Of a DNA stretch of 64,000 nt, positions 28,542-37,773 are shown in pieces. A program made the position numbers and the translations under genes. This stretch comes from Elusimicrobiota bacterium (lineage in GTDB: Bacteria; Elusimicrobiota; Elusimicrobia; UBA1565), in contig JBAZKS010000013.1 in NCBI GenBank assembly GCA_041650695.1, forward strand, positions 8,600-72,599, written 5' to 3'. The notes beneath the pieces are model-generated. The model saw nothing but the letters and a program-made list of their open reading frames with translations, searched no databases and was not told the DNA's origin. Numbering within the stretch: the first letter of the stretch is position 1; every line of letters starts with the position of its first letter.

Positions 28542-29002
28542 CAGTCGAACCGGTCCTTGGCGTGGACGTAGTCCTTGCGCAGGGGATGCCCCTCCAGGAA
28601 GTCCGGGGTGAGTATCTTCCGGAGGTCCGGATGCCCCTGGAAGCGCACCCCGAAGAGGTCGAAGACCTCCCGCTCCTGCCAATCCGCGGATGGAAAAACA
28701 GCCGTGAGGCTGGGCACGCTCCCGGGGTCCGGCGTCTCCAGCTTGAGCGCGACGCGCTGCCCTGCGGGCAGCTGCGTGAAGCAGTAGACCAGCTCGAACG
28801 CCTTGCGCTCGGCGACATGGTCCACGGCCGTGATCATGTCCAGGTAGTCGAAGCCCAGCTTGTCCTTGAGCCATCGCGCGAGGGCGACGAGGTCGTCGCC
28901 CGAGGCCGCGCGCAGCGTCAGGATTCCCTTGATCTGGGTCTCGGCCTTGTCCGCTTTCGGGAAGGTGGCCGCGAGCTTGGCCAGGACTTCGTCGTCCGTC
29001 AT
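28541..29002 (-). CDS. nuoC: NADH-quinone oxidoreductase subunit C (30 kDa)
   Basis: 153-aa NuoC fold: ...[11 protein letters not shown]...[26 protein letters not shown]. Confidence 0.88.
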   Translation of the reverse strand: MTDDEVLAKLAATFPKADKAETQIKGILTLRAASGDDLVALARWLKDKLGFDYLDMITAVDHVAERKAFELVYCFTQLPAGQRVALKLETPDPGSVPSLTAVFPSADWQEREVFDLFGVRFQGHPDLRKILTPDFLEGHPLRKDYVHAKDRFD

Positions 29003-29499
29003 CCCGCCAGCCTCATCGCGTCGATCTTCTTCTGCAGCTCGAGCACGCCGTGGAGCAGGGCCTCGGGCCTGGGCGGGCAGCCGGCCACGTAGACATCCAC
29101 CGGCAGGAGCTTGTCCACGCCCTTGACCACGGCGTAAGAATCGTGGAAGGGCCCCCCGCAGTTCGCGCAGGAGCCGAAGGCGAGCACGAAGCGGGGCTCC
29201 GGCATCTGGTGGTAGACCTGCAGGATGGGGTCCGCCATCTTCTTGCAGACGGTCCCGGCGATGATGATGAGGTCCGCCTGGCGCGGGCTCGGCCTCGGGA
29301 AGACGCCGAAACGGTCGAAGTCGAAGCGCGAGGCGTAGGAGGCCATCATCTCGATGGCGCAGCAGGCGAGGCCGAAGGTCATGGGCCAGACCGAGCGCTT
29401 GCGCGCCCAGTTGATGAAGCCGTCCGCGCAGGCCAGCACCCCGGACCCGCCCGGGAGAGCCCCGCAGACCCAGGGCAGCCGCTCAAGGACGATGCCCAT
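28999..29499 (-). CDS. nuoB: NADH-quinone oxidoreductase subunit B (20 kDa, N2 cluster)
   Basis: [10 protein letters not shown]...[10 protein letters not shown]...GCPPRP are the cluster-N2 cysteines; MGIVLERLP start. Confidence 0.9.
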   Translation of the reverse strand: MGIVLERLPWVCGALPGGSGVLACADGFINWARKRSVWPMTFGLACCAIEMMASYASRFDFDRFGVFPRPSPRQADLIIIAGTVCKKMADPILQVYHQMPEPRFVLAFGSCANCGGPFHDSYAVVKGVDKLLPVDVYVAGCPPRPEALLHGVLELQKKIDAMRLAG

Positions 29500-29860
29500 A
29501 GTCCTGGTCCCACTGCAGCGCTCCCTTGCCCCAGGCATAGACCAGGCCCGCGAACAGGACGCCGAGGAAGATCATCATCTCGAGGAGGGCCGCGGGACCG
29601 GCGTCGCGCGCGGTCACGGCCCACGGATAGACGAAGAAGACCTCCACGTCGAAGAGGACGAAGAGCAGGGCGAAGACGTAGAAGCGGATGTTGAGCTTGA
29701 CGCGGCTCGTCCCCGTAGGGGTGATGCCGCACTCGTACGTCGTCCGCTTCAACGAGTCTTCGACACGGGGACGCAGCAGCCAGCCGGCGATCATGGCGAC
29801 CGCGGCGAAAGCGACCGCGCACAGCGCGAACACGTAGACAGCGAGAGCGCCGGTCGTCAT
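29483..29860 (-). CDS. nuoA: NADH-quinone oxidoreductase subunit A
   Basis: 125 aa with 3 TM helices; first gene of the nuo cluster. Confidence 0.9.
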   Translation of the reverse strand: MTTGALAVYVFALCAVAFAAVAMIAGWLLRPRVEDSLKRTTYECGITPTGTSRVKLNIRFYVFALLFVLFDVEVFFVYPWAVTARDAGPAALLEMMIFLGVLFAGLVYAWGKGALQWDQDYGHRP

Positions 29861-29887
29861 GGAGCTGGGCGCCCGGCAGTCGCGAGC

Positions 29888-30067
29888 TTAAAGGTCTTCG
29901 GCGCCGAGAGTCTTCTTCTTGTTCTCGGCCTTCACCTTGTCGATGGCCGCCTGGACGATCTGGCTGACGCGGTTGGAGAGCGCGTCGATGAAATCGCCGC
30001 CGGTACGGAAACCGGCTTCCTTCACCATGTTCTTGACTTTGCTCACGACGACCAGGTTCTCTGCCAT
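29888..30067 (-). CDS. Bacterial histone-fold protein (HBb/DUF1931-like singlet histone), 59 aa
   Basis: Manual translation gives MAENLVVVSKVKNMVKEAGFRTGGDFIDALSNRVSQIVQAAIDKVKAENKKKTLGAEDL. A GAGGAGAA RBS lies 10 nt upstream. The ...KKKTLGAEDL end resembles the NF-YB/archaeal histone-fold ...KRKTINGEDI, and the MAE-LVV-SKVK start resembles the Bdellovibrio Bd0055-type bacterial histone. The gene is below the ORF-track length cut-off. Confidence 0.6.
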   Translation of the reverse strand: MAENLVVVSKVKNMVKEAGFRTGGDFIDALSNRVSQIVQAAIDKVKAENKKKTLGAEDL

Positions 30068-30106
30068 GTGATTCGAGTTCTCCTCAACGGCTTACGGCAA
30101 CGAATT

Positions 30107-30179
30107 TGGCGCGGGTTGGATTTGAACCAACGGCCTGACGCTTATGAAACGCCCGCTCTAACCACTGAGCTACCGCGCC
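30107..30179 (-). tRNA. tRNA-Met (anticodon CAT), elongator-type (G1:C72)
   Basis: Reverse complement GGCGCGGTAGCTCAGTGGTTAGAGCGGGCGTTTCATAAGCGTCAGGCCGTTGGTTCAAATCCAACCCGCGCCA folds as a cloverleaf with U33 and a CAT anticodon. CCA is not encoded. tRNA-Ile2(LAU) cannot be excluded. Confidence 0.85.
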
Positions 30180-30198
30180 GTCGACGCATCTTACCAAA

Positions 30199-31188
30199 TT
30201 ATCCCCGCCTCTTCTCGATCTCGGCGGCCAGCGCGGGCACGATCTTGAAGACGTCGCCCTGGACCGCGTAGGTGGCCAGCTTCATCATGGGGCAGTCCGG
30301 GTCGGTGTTGATCGCCACGATGGTGTCGCTCCCGTTCATGCCCGCCAGGTGCTGGATCTGGCCGGAGATGCCGCAGGCCATGTACAGGCGCGGCCGCACG
30401 GACCGTCCGGTCAGGCCGACCTGGTGCTTGTAGGGGATCCAGCCCGAGTCGACGGCGGCGCGGCTCGCTCCCACGGCGGCCCCGAGCAGCTTGGCGAGCC
30501 TGCGCAGGGGCTCGAAGCCTTCGGGCTTGCCCAGACCGCGGCCTCCGGAGACGATGCGGTCCGCGGCCGTGACGTCCACCTCGCCGGAATCGTCCGCGCT
30601 GAACTTCACGAACTCGCTCTTGAGGGCCGGCAGCTCGACCGGCCACTCCTCCACCTTCCCCGCCGCTCCAGCCTCGGCTCTCGGGAAGGCCATGGGCCGG
30701 ACCGTCGCGAACTCCGGCGCTCTCTTGAACGAGACCCCGGCGATCACGTTCCCGGCGTAGCAGGACCGGGTCGCGACCAGCTTGCCGCCCTCGACCTCCA
30801 GGCCGATGGCGTCGCCGGCCAGGCCGGCCTTGAAAGCCACGGCCAGCCGCGTGGCCAGGGAGCGGCCGAACACGGTGGCGGGCAGGAGCACCGTCCTCGG
30901 CTTCTCTTTCGAGACGATGCCCGTCAGGACGGCGGCGTAGGCCTCGTCCAGGAACTCCGAGAGGGACGCGTGCTTCGCCGCGAAGACCCTCTCGGCGCCC
31001 CGAGACGCCAGCTCGGCCGCCGCCGCCTTGACGCTCTCCCCATCCCCAAGCACGGCCGCCCATACGGGCTCCCCGCGCGCCGCGCCGATCTTCTTGGCCG
31101 CCGTCAGGAGCTCGAAGGCGCATGAGGAGAGCTTTCCGTGACGCGCCTCGGCCACGCAGAGGACGCCTTTTCCGGAGTAGTCGTTCAT
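30199..31188 (-). CDS. etfA: Electron transfer flavoprotein alpha subunit
   Basis: 329 aa; the C-terminal FAD-binding region [33 protein letters not shown] is the ETF-alpha signature. Confidence 0.9.
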   Translation of the reverse strand: MNDYSGKGVLCVAEARHGKLSSCAFELLTAAKKIGAARGEPVWAAVLGDGESVKAAAAELASRGAERVFAAKHASLSEFLDEAYAAVLTGIVSKEKPRTVLLPATVFGRSLATRLAVAFKAGLAGDAIGLEVEGGKLVATRSCYAGNVIAGVSFKRAPEFATVRPMAFPRAEAGAAGKVEEWPVELPALKSEFVKFSADDSGEVDVTAADRIVSGGRGLGKPEGFEPLRRLAKLLGAAVGASRAAVDSGWIPYKHQVGLTGRSVRPRLYMACGISGQIQHLAGMNGSDTIVAINTDPDCPMMKLATYAVQGDVFKIVPALAAEIEKRRG

Positions 31189-31994
31189 AGGAGCTTCGCC
31201 TCTTTGAGCTTGTCCGCGAGGTTCCTGGCCTTCTCCTCCGGGGTCTCTCCCGGGATGAGGGTGCCGGAAGGGCGGGACGGGACGGGGGACAGGCGCCCCC
31301 ATTCGATGCCGGCGCCTGCCGAGCCGGTCACGGAAGCATCCGTCCCGAGCTCGGCCGCGCCCCACTTGGAGACGGGAGCCTTCTTGGCCGCCATCTTCCC
31401 CCTCAAGGACGGCAGGCGGGGCTCGTTGATCTCCTTGGTCACGGAGACCACGGCCGGGAGCTTGAGCTTGAGGGTCTCGATCCCGTCCTCCATGAGCCGC
31501 TCCGCGGTCACCTCCGACTCGGTGACCGCCGGCAGCCTGCGCACGAAGGACACGCTCGGCCAGCCCAGCCACGCCGCGGTCTCGCCCGCGGTCAGGCCGG
31601 ACTCGCCGTCGTTGGACTGCTTGCCGAAGAGCACGAGGGAGACCGGGGCCTTCTCCTTGCCCAGCTTCTCGACGGCCTTGGCCAGGATGTGGGACGTCCC
31701 CAGGGTGTCCGAGCCCGTGAAAGCCGGGGCCGAGAGCAGCGCGCCCTCGTCGCAGCCCAGGGCCAGGGCGGTGCGGATGACCTCGTCGCTTTCCGGGCCC
31801 CCGGCGCTGAGCACGCTCACCCGCGAGCCCGCGTTCTTCTCCTTGATGCGCAGGGCTTCCTCGACCGCGTACTCGTCCTGCGGGTTCATCCCGTGCGGCA
31901 GGCCCTCGGTCCGGACCTTGCCGGTGGCCGAGTCCACGGCCACGCTGGTGGACGCCGGCGTGCGCTTGACGCAAACGACGATGTGCAGCGCCAT
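31185..31994 (-). CDS. etfB: Electron transfer flavoprotein beta subunit
   Basis: MALHIVVCVKRTPASTSVAVD...; 269 aa. Its ATG overlaps the acd stop. Confidence 0.9.
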   Translation of the reverse strand: MALHIVVCVKRTPASTSVAVDSATGKVRTEGLPHGMNPQDEYAVEEALRIKEKNAGSRVSVLSAGGPESDEVIRTALALGCDEGALLSAPAFTGSDTLGTSHILAKAVEKLGKEKAPVSLVLFGKQSNDGESGLTAGETAAWLGWPSVSFVRRLPAVTESEVTAERLMEDGIETLKLKLPAVVSVTKEINEPRLPSLRGKMAAKKAPVSKWGAAELGTDASVTGSAGAGIEWGRLSPVPSRPSGTLIPGETPEEKARNLADKLKEAKLL

Positions 31995-33244
31995 CAGGCG
32001 AGCCCCGCCGCGATCTTCTCGGCCGAGGCGGCCTCCTTGATCATCATGGCCGCGATCTCGTTGCGCTGGATCTGGTTGGCGCCCTCGTAGATCTGGGTGA
32101 TCTTGGCGTCGCGCATGAACTTCTCCACCGGGAAATCGCGCATGTAGCCGATGCCGCCGCACATCTGCACGCAGTCGGTGGTCACGCGCATGGCCGTATC
32201 CGAGCAGAACACCTTGGTCATGGCCGACTCCTTGGTCCAGCGCCTGGAGCCGAGCTTGTCCATGGCCTCGTAGACCGGTGTCTTCTCGTCGATGGCCTTG
32301 CGCACGGCCGGGTTGAACTCCCGGTCCATGGCCCGGACCACGGTGTAGAGGAACGAGCGGGCGGCCTCGATCTGGGTGGCGCAGTCCGCGAGCATGTGCT
32401 GGATGCCCTGGAACGAGGAGATGGACTGTCCGAACTGCTTGCGCATGCGGACGTAGGCGAGGGTCTCGTCGAGCGCGCCCTGCGCGATGCCCAGGGCCTG
32501 GGCGCCGACGCCGGGACGCGAGAGGTCGAAGGTCCCCTGGGCCACGAACAGGCCGTAGCCCTCTGCGCGCAGGAGGTTCTCCTTCGGGATGCGGCAGTCG
32601 CGGAAGACCAGCTCGTAGGTGGAGTTGGCCCGGATGCCCATCTTCGTCTCCTTCTTGCCGAACTCGAAGCCGGGCCAGCCCTTCTCCACGATGAAGGCGC
32701 TCAGCCCGCGGGCGCCGCGCTTCGGGCTGGTGGAGAAGAAGATGACGTAGGTCTCGGCCTCCTTGCCCGAGGAGCAGAAGATCTTGGTGCCGTTGGCGAC
32801 GTAGTGGTCGCCGTCCTTGACCGCCGTGGCCTTGGTGGCCGTGGCGTCGGAGCCGGCCTCGGGCTCGGTGATGCAGAAAGCGCCGATCTTCTTGCCGGAG
32901 GCCAGGTCGGGCAGGTACTTGCGGCGCTGCTCGTCCGAGCCGCACAGGAGGATGGGCAGAGCGCACAAAGAGGAGGTCATCGCGGCTAGGGCTATCCCGC
33001 CACAAGCTCGTGAAAGTTGTTCCGCCGCCAGCACGAGCTCGAAGTTGCCCCCGCCCATCCCGCCGTACTCCTCCGGGAGGTAGACGCCCAGCAGGTCCGC
33101 CTTGCGGATCTCATCGACGACCGGCCAGGGGAACTCCTCCTTCTCGTCGTAGTGTTCCCGCACCGGCTTGATCTTCTTGACGGCGATCTGCCGGGCGATA
33201 TCCACGATCGCCTGCTGCGTCTCGGTGAGCTGATAATCCATCAC
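31994..33244 (-). CDS. Acyl-CoA dehydrogenase (butyryl-CoA dehydrogenase-like)
   Basis: 416 aa with ACAD motifs (CITEPEAGSD, ...QIYEGANQIQR). Confidence 0.9.
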   Translation of the reverse strand: MMDYQLTETQQAIVDIARQIAVKKIKPVREHYDEKEEFPWPVVDEIRKADLLGVYLPEEYGGMGGGNFELVLAAEQLSRACGGIALAAMTSSLCALPILLCGSDEQRRKYLPDLASGKKIGAFCITEPEAGSDATATKATAVKDGDHYVANGTKIFCSSGKEAETYVIFFSTSPKRGARGLSAFIVEKGWPGFEFGKKETKMGIRANSTYELVFRDCRIPKENLLRAEGYGLFVAQGTFDLSRPGVGAQALGIAQGALDETLAYVRMRKQFGQSISSFQGIQHMLADCATQIEAARSFLYTVVRAMDREFNPAVRKAIDEKTPVYEAMDKLGSRRWTKESAMTKVFCSDTAMRVTTDCVQMCGGIGYMRDFPVEKFMRDAKITQIYEGANQIQRNEIAAMMIKEAASAEKIAAGLA

Positions 33245-33260
33245 GACCCCCTATAAAACG

Positions 33261-33935
33261 TCACTGCTGTCCCATCCGCTCCAGCGCGTCCCGGGCGGCG
33301 TCCTGCTCCGCGTCCTTCTTCGTCTTCCCCCGGCCCGTCCCGAGCGTCCGCGAGCCGAACAAAGCCTTGACCTGGAACGTCTTGTCGTGGTCCGGCCCGC
33401 TCGTCTTCACCAGCCGATAGCAGGGCTCGGCCTTGTGCCGCTTCTGCACGATCTCCTGCAGGCGGCTCTTATAGTCCGTCTCCCCGGCCCCGTCCGACGC
33501 CTCGAGGTCCAAGGTGCAGCGCTCGATGACCCGGCGGGACGCGTCGAACCCGCCGTCCAGATAGACCGCCCCGATGACCGCCTCCAGCGCGTTGGCCAGC
33601 AGGCTCGGCCGCGTCCGGCCGCCCGTCGACTCCTCGCCGGAGCCTAAAAGCAAGAAACGCCCCAACTCCAGAACGGCCGCCTGGTGAGCCAGGCTGTTCC
33701 GGGACACGATCAGGGCCCTCGCCTTCGAGAGACGCCCCTCGTCGGATTCCGGGAACCGCTCGAAAAGCCGATGAGCCACGACCGCCGCCAGGACGCTGTC
33801 GCCCAAAAACTCCAGGCGCTCGTTGTGCCGCGTGTTCCCCCTTTCGTAGGCGTACGACTTATGCGTCAGAGCCTCTTGAAGGAGCCCGCGGTCCTGGAAA
33901 CGGTATCCGACGATGTCTTCCAGGGTAGAAGACAC
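33261..33935 (-). CDS. rnc: Ribonuclease III
   Basis: The ERLEFLGDSVL RNase III signature plus a C-terminal dsRBD. Confidence 0.92.
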   Translation of the reverse strand: MSSTLEDIVGYRFQDRGLLQEALTHKSYAYERGNTRHNERLEFLGDSVLAAVVAHRLFERFPESDEGRLSKARALIVSRNSLAHQAAVLELGRFLLLGSGEESTGGRTRPSLLANALEAVIGAVYLDGGFDASRRVIERCTLDLEASDGAGETDYKSRLQEIVQKRHKAEPCYRLVKTSGPDHDKTFQVKALFGSRTLGTGRGKTKKDAEQDAARDALERMGQQ

Positions 33936-33993
33936 GCGTGTACGGCGCGCGGCCTACCCCCATCCCGTGCAGATGCACGGGATGGGGACAAGG

Positions 33994-34239
33994 CTACTTC
34001 TTCGCGTGCGCCTTGATGTATTCGATCGCCTGGCCGACGGTCTGGATCTTCTCGGCCTGCTCGTCCGGTATCTCGGTATCGAATTCCTCTTCCAAGGCCA
34101 TGACGAGCTCCACCGTATCCAGGGAGTCGGCGCCCAGGTCGTTGACGAAATGAGCCTGAGGCGTGACCTCGGCGGCGTCGACGCCGAGCTGCTCCACGAT
34201 GATCTTCTTTACCCGCTCTTCGACGTTGTTCTCAGACAT
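33994..34239 (-). CDS. acpP: Acyl carrier protein
   Basis: [20 protein letters not shown] phosphopantetheine site. Confidence 0.92.
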   Translation of the reverse strand: MSENNVEERVKKIIVEQLGVDAAEVTPQAHFVNDLGADSLDTVELVMALEEEFDTEIPDEQAEKIQTVGQAIEYIKAHAKK

Positions 34240-34254
34240 TCCCTTCACCCTCCA

Positions 34255-35001
34255 TCAGCAGTAGAGCCCGCCGTTGACGGCGAGCACTTGGCCCGTCACG
34301 TAGGAGGAGTCCTCGGACGCGAGGAACAGGACGACCCTCGCGATCTCCTCCGGCTTCCCCATACGGTTCAAAGGGATGTGGGACAGGAGCGCCTTCTTCA
34401 CCTCTTCCGGGAGCACGGAGGTCATCCGGGTGTCGATGAAGCCCGGGGCCACCGCGTTGACGAGGATGCTGCGGGAGGCGAACTCCTTGGCGCAGGTCTT
34501 GGTGAAGGCGATGAGGCCTCCCTTGGAGGCCGAGTAGTTGGCTTGGCCCGGGTTGCCCATCTGCCCGACCACGGAGGCGATGTTGACGATGCGGCCCTGG
34601 CGCGCCTTCATCATGGGGCGCACCACCGCCTTCGTGAAGTTGAACGGGCCCTTGAGGTTGACGGCGAGGACCGCGTCCCACTCGCCCTCGGACATGCGCA
34701 TGAGGAGGTTGTCCTTGGTGATGCCGGCGTTGTTGACCAGGACGTCCACCTTGCCGAACTTGGCGATGACCTCGCCCACGATGGCCTCGCAGCTGGAGAA
34801 ATCGGTCACATTCCCGCCGAAGCCGACGACCTCGGCCGAGCAGGCCTTCGCGATCTCGGCGGCCGCGGCCTGCGTCTGGGAGGCGTCCAAGTCCGTGATG
34901 GCGACCTTGGCGCCCTCACGGGCGAGCGTCTCCGCGATGGCGCGGCCGATGCCCGCCGCTCCCCCGGTGACGATCGCGACCTTGCCTTTGAGTCGGTCCA
35001 T
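34255..35001 (-). CDS. fabG: 3-oxoacyl-[ACP] reductase
   Basis: SDR with TGGAAGIGRAIA Rossmann motif and YSASK catalytic motif. Confidence 0.92.
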   Translation of the reverse strand: MDRLKGKVAIVTGGAAGIGRAIAETLAREGAKVAITDLDASQTQAAAAEIAKACSAEVVGFGGNVTDFSSCEAIVGEVIAKFGKVDVLVNNAGITKDNLLMRMSEGEWDAVLAVNLKGPFNFTKAVVRPMMKARQGRIVNIASVVGQMGNPGQANYSASKGGLIAFTKTCAKEFASRSILVNAVAPGFIDTRMTSVLPEEVKKALLSHIPLNRMGKPEEIARVVLFLASEDSSYVTGQVLAVNGGLYC

Positions 35002-36030
35002 TTATTCTCCTGTCCGGACGAACTCCATGTCCGATTTGACGTCCTCGAGCCTCTGCTGTATCCGCTCCGCCACCCCGGACCGCGCGAAGGCCACGGCACC
35101 GCGCACGGCTCCAGCCACCATCTCGGCGCTCCGGCCCCCGCGGCACAGCACCAGCGCGTTGCCCAGCCCCAGCACCGGCGACGGGCGGGTCGTCACGCCC
35201 CGGAACGCCTCTTCGGCTGCCCGCAGCGCCGGCCCCGCGAGCGCCCGGCGAAGCCTTGGAACGGCCCCGCGGCCGAACTCCGATTGTAGTATTTCGAAAC
35301 AGGCCGACGTCAAGCCCTCGGCCAGACGCATGCACAGGTCGCCCGTGGCGCCGTCGCACACCACCACGTCCGCTTCGCCCGCGGCCAGCGCGTCGGCCCG
35401 GATGCGCCCCGCGAAGCGCAGGCCCGCGTACTTGAGCAGAGGCAGCGTCTCGCGCACGAGTTCCGGGTCTCCGCAGGAGTCCCCGCCCGGGCACAGCAGC
35501 CCCACCGAGGGCTGATCGTTGCCCAAGACGTGCTGGGCGTAGAGCGAGCCCATCAAGGCGAATTGCAGCAGGTGCCAGGGCTTGCAGTCCGCGTTGCCCC
35601 CGGCGTCGAGCAGGAGCGCGCGGCCCTTGGCTGTAGGGAACAGACAGGCGGCGGCGGGCCTGAGGACCCCCCGCAGGCGCTTGAGATGCCAGAGCCCGCA
35701 GGCGAGCGCGGCTCGCGGATGGGCCGCGGAGACCGCGGCCAGGGCCTTCTGCGCGCCCACGGACTCGAGCGCGCGCATGAGAGAGGTGTCCAGGGATTCC
35801 CGGCAGGCCGCGGAAGAGTCCGCGCCCGGGTCGAAGACGGCCGGGCAGTCCGTCAGCCCGACGCGAGGGTCGCCGTCGGAGACGCCCAAAGAGCGCAGCT
35901 CCGAGCGCAGCGGCTCGGCCGGGCCGAAGAAAAGGAGTTCGTGCCCGTCGGCGAAGGCGGCGCGGCAGGCCCCCTCCACGAGGGGACGGACGCCGGAATC
36001 ACCTCCGGCGGCGTCGATCGCGATGCGCAT
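35002..36030 (-). CDS. plsX: Phosphate acyltransferase PlsX
   Basis: MRIAIDAAGGDSG...; 342 aa; adjacent to rpmF as in most bacteria. Confidence 0.9.
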   Translation of the reverse strand: MRIAIDAAGGDSGVRPLVEGACRAAFADGHELLFFGPAEPLRSELRSLGVSDGDPRVGLTDCPAVFDPGADSSAACRESLDTSLMRALESVGAQKALAAVSAAHPRAALACGLWHLKRLRGVLRPAAACLFPTAKGRALLLDAGGNADCKPWHLLQFALMGSLYAQHVLGNDQPSVGLLCPGGDSCGDPELVRETLPLLKYAGLRFAGRIRADALAAGEADVVVCDGATGDLCMRLAEGLTSACFEILQSEFGRGAVPRLRRALAGPALRAAEEAFRGVTTRPSPVLGLGNALVLCRGGRSAEMVAGAVRGAVAFARSGVAERIQQRLEDVKSDMEFVRTGE

Positions 36031-36273
36031 CTACTCCGCAGGCTTCTCCTCTGGGGTCCCTTCCGCCTCCGGCCCCTTCTTCTTGGACTTCTTCTCCTTC
36101 TTCGGGACCACGAGGTTGCCGTCGTAGAAGCCGCAGTGCGGGCACACTTGGTGCGGGGGTTTGATCTCCTTGCACTGCGAGCAGACGCTCATTGCGCCCG
36201 CTTCCAGGCGCCAATTCTGGGCCCGGCGGGACCGGGTCCGGTGTCGAGTGTGCCTGCGGTATGGGTTGGGCAT
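36031..36273 (-). CDS. rpmF: 50S ribosomal protein L32 with a C-terminal Lys-rich extension
   Basis: N-terminal basic region, a CSQCKE...CPHCG zinc ribbon, then a [10 protein letters not shown] tail. Confidence 0.85.
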   Translation of the reverse strand: MPNPYRRHTRHRTRSRRAQNWRLEAGAMSVCSQCKEIKPPHQVCPHCGFYDGNLVVPKKEKKSKKKGPEAEGTPEEKPAE

Positions 36274-36334
36274 AGCTGCTCCTGTCTCGAAAAACGGCGG
36301 ATAATGATAGCAAGTCTGCGCCTTTAATGCGAGA

Positions 36335-36760
36335 TTAGGCCTTTGCGCCGCAAGCGCAGGGGCCGTCGTTGAGGTTCCTCCCGCAGCGCGGGCAGAGCCC
36401 CTTGCAGGCCGGCGCGCACAGCGAACGGGAAGGGAGCTCCAAGAGCACGGCTTGGCGCAGGTCCTCCGCGATATCCACGAAGCCGGACGAGGGATAGGTC
36501 TCCTCCACCTGGGCCGCGAAGCGGACCAAGTGCTCGGACAGACAGCGGCTGCAGGGGAGGGTCCAGGCTCCCTCGACCACGGCCTGCAGGAGGACGCTGT
36601 TGCCGCCCACCGAGAACCGGATGTCCGCCGTCAGGACCTTGGAGAGCCGCGACTCGGCCGGAGGCTGCGGGACCAGGGACTCGGAGGGGATCTCCCCGGC
36701 GAGCTTCAGACCCTGCTTGGCCTGGATCTCGCCGATGGAAAAACGGAGCGGGAGGCTCAT
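36335..36760 (-). CDS. yceD: YceD/DUF177 (large-subunit rRNA maturation factor)
   Basis: C-terminal CxRC...CPRCGxNLN motif; conserved position upstream of rpmF. Internal Met of track ORF 36335-37234. Confidence 0.8.
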   Translation of the reverse strand: MSLPLRFSIGEIQAKQGLKLAGEIPSESLVPQPPAESRLSKVLTADIRFSVGGNSVLLQAVVEGAWTLPCSRCLSEHLVRFAAQVEETYPSSGFVDIAEDLRQAVLLELPSRSLCAPACKGLCPRCGRNLNDGPCACGAKA

Positions 36761-37698
36761 ATCCTCTCGCGGATATGGTACGTCGGTTTCTCGCGCACGT
36801 CGTAGTAGACGCGGATCATGATCTCGGCCAGCAGGCCCAGGACCAAAAGCTGCACCCCCACCAGACAGAAGAAGATGGAGACCTGGAACAGAGGCTGGTC
36901 CTTGACGTAAATGCCTTTGAAAAGACGTTCGTAGAGGGTGACCCCGGACAACAACGCCCCGACCAGGAGCATGGCGCAGCCGCCTCCGCCGAAGAGATAG
37001 TTGGGCTTGGTCATCCAGGAGTCCATGAACTTGACCGTCAAGAGGTCCAGCAGGACCTTGAAGATGCGGATGAGCCCGTACTTCGACTTCCCGCGCGTGC
37101 GGGGCCGATGGTGCACCACCCTCTCGGTCACGCGCGCGCCCATGAACCCGGCCAGGGCCGGGATGAACCGATGCATCTCGCCGCACAAGCGCAGGGGCTT
37201 GAGATACTCCGCGCGGTAGAGCTTGAGCGTGCACCCGTAGTCATGCAGCCGCACCCCGGTCACGCGGGAGATGATGGCGTTGGCCGTCTGCGAGGGCAGT
37301 CTGCGGGTGAGCCAGGGATCCTTGCGGTCCTTGCGCCAGCCGCTCACCACGTCGAAGCCCTGCTCGATCGCGGCCAGCATAGCCGGGATGTCCTTGGGGT
37401 CGTTCTGGAGGTCGGAGTCCAGCATGGCGATGAGCCCGCCGCGCGCCTCCGCGATGCCGGCCGCCATGGCCGCGGTCTGGCCGAAATTGGTCCCGAGCCT
37501 CAGGGCCTTGAAACGAGGCTCCGCTTTGCACAGCTCCCGGATGCGTTCGAAGGAGGAGTCCGTGGAGCCGTCGTCGATGAACACGACCTCGTAGTCCACC
37601 CCGGGCAGGGCTTCGCGTATCTCCCGGCCGAGGTCCGGGAGGTTCTCTTCCTCGTTATAGACCGGGATGAGGACGCTCAGAAGAGGGGAGTCTCTCAT
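36757..37698 (-). CDS. GT2-family polyprenyl-phosphate glycosyltransferase (DPM1/ArnC-like)
   Basis: LSVLIPVYNEEENL...VVFIDDGSTDSS...DSDLQNDP GT-A motifs and two C-terminal TM helices. Its stop overlaps the yceD start. Confidence 0.85.
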   Translation of the reverse strand: MRDSPLLSVLIPVYNEEENLPDLGREIREALPGVDYEVVFIDDGSTDSSFERIRELCKAEPRFKALRLGTNFGQTAAMAAGIAEARGGLIAMLDSDLQNDPKDIPAMLAAIEQGFDVVSGWRKDRKDPWLTRRLPSQTANAIISRVTGVRLHDYGCTLKLYRAEYLKPLRLCGEMHRFIPALAGFMGARVTERVVHHRPRTRGKSKYGLIRIFKVLLDLLTVKFMDSWMTKPNYLFGGGGCAMLLVGALLSGVTLYERLFKGIYVKDQPLFQVSIFFCLVGVQLLVLGLLAEIMIRVYYDVREKPTYHIRERI

Positions 37699-37773
37699 GG
37701 GGGGCTATCGTAGTAATTTTCCGCTTCCTTAATAAAGGGATAACCCCCAACGGAACGAGCGCCCCCGCGGGTA

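Noticed and set aside
26179-28874. 879-aa and 484-aa track ORFs as fused NuoH and NuoD proteins
   Set aside because: The N-terminal parts are out-of-frame read-through over nuoD and nuoC. Genuine proteins start at the GTG at 27423 (NuoH) and the ATG at 28541 (NuoD).
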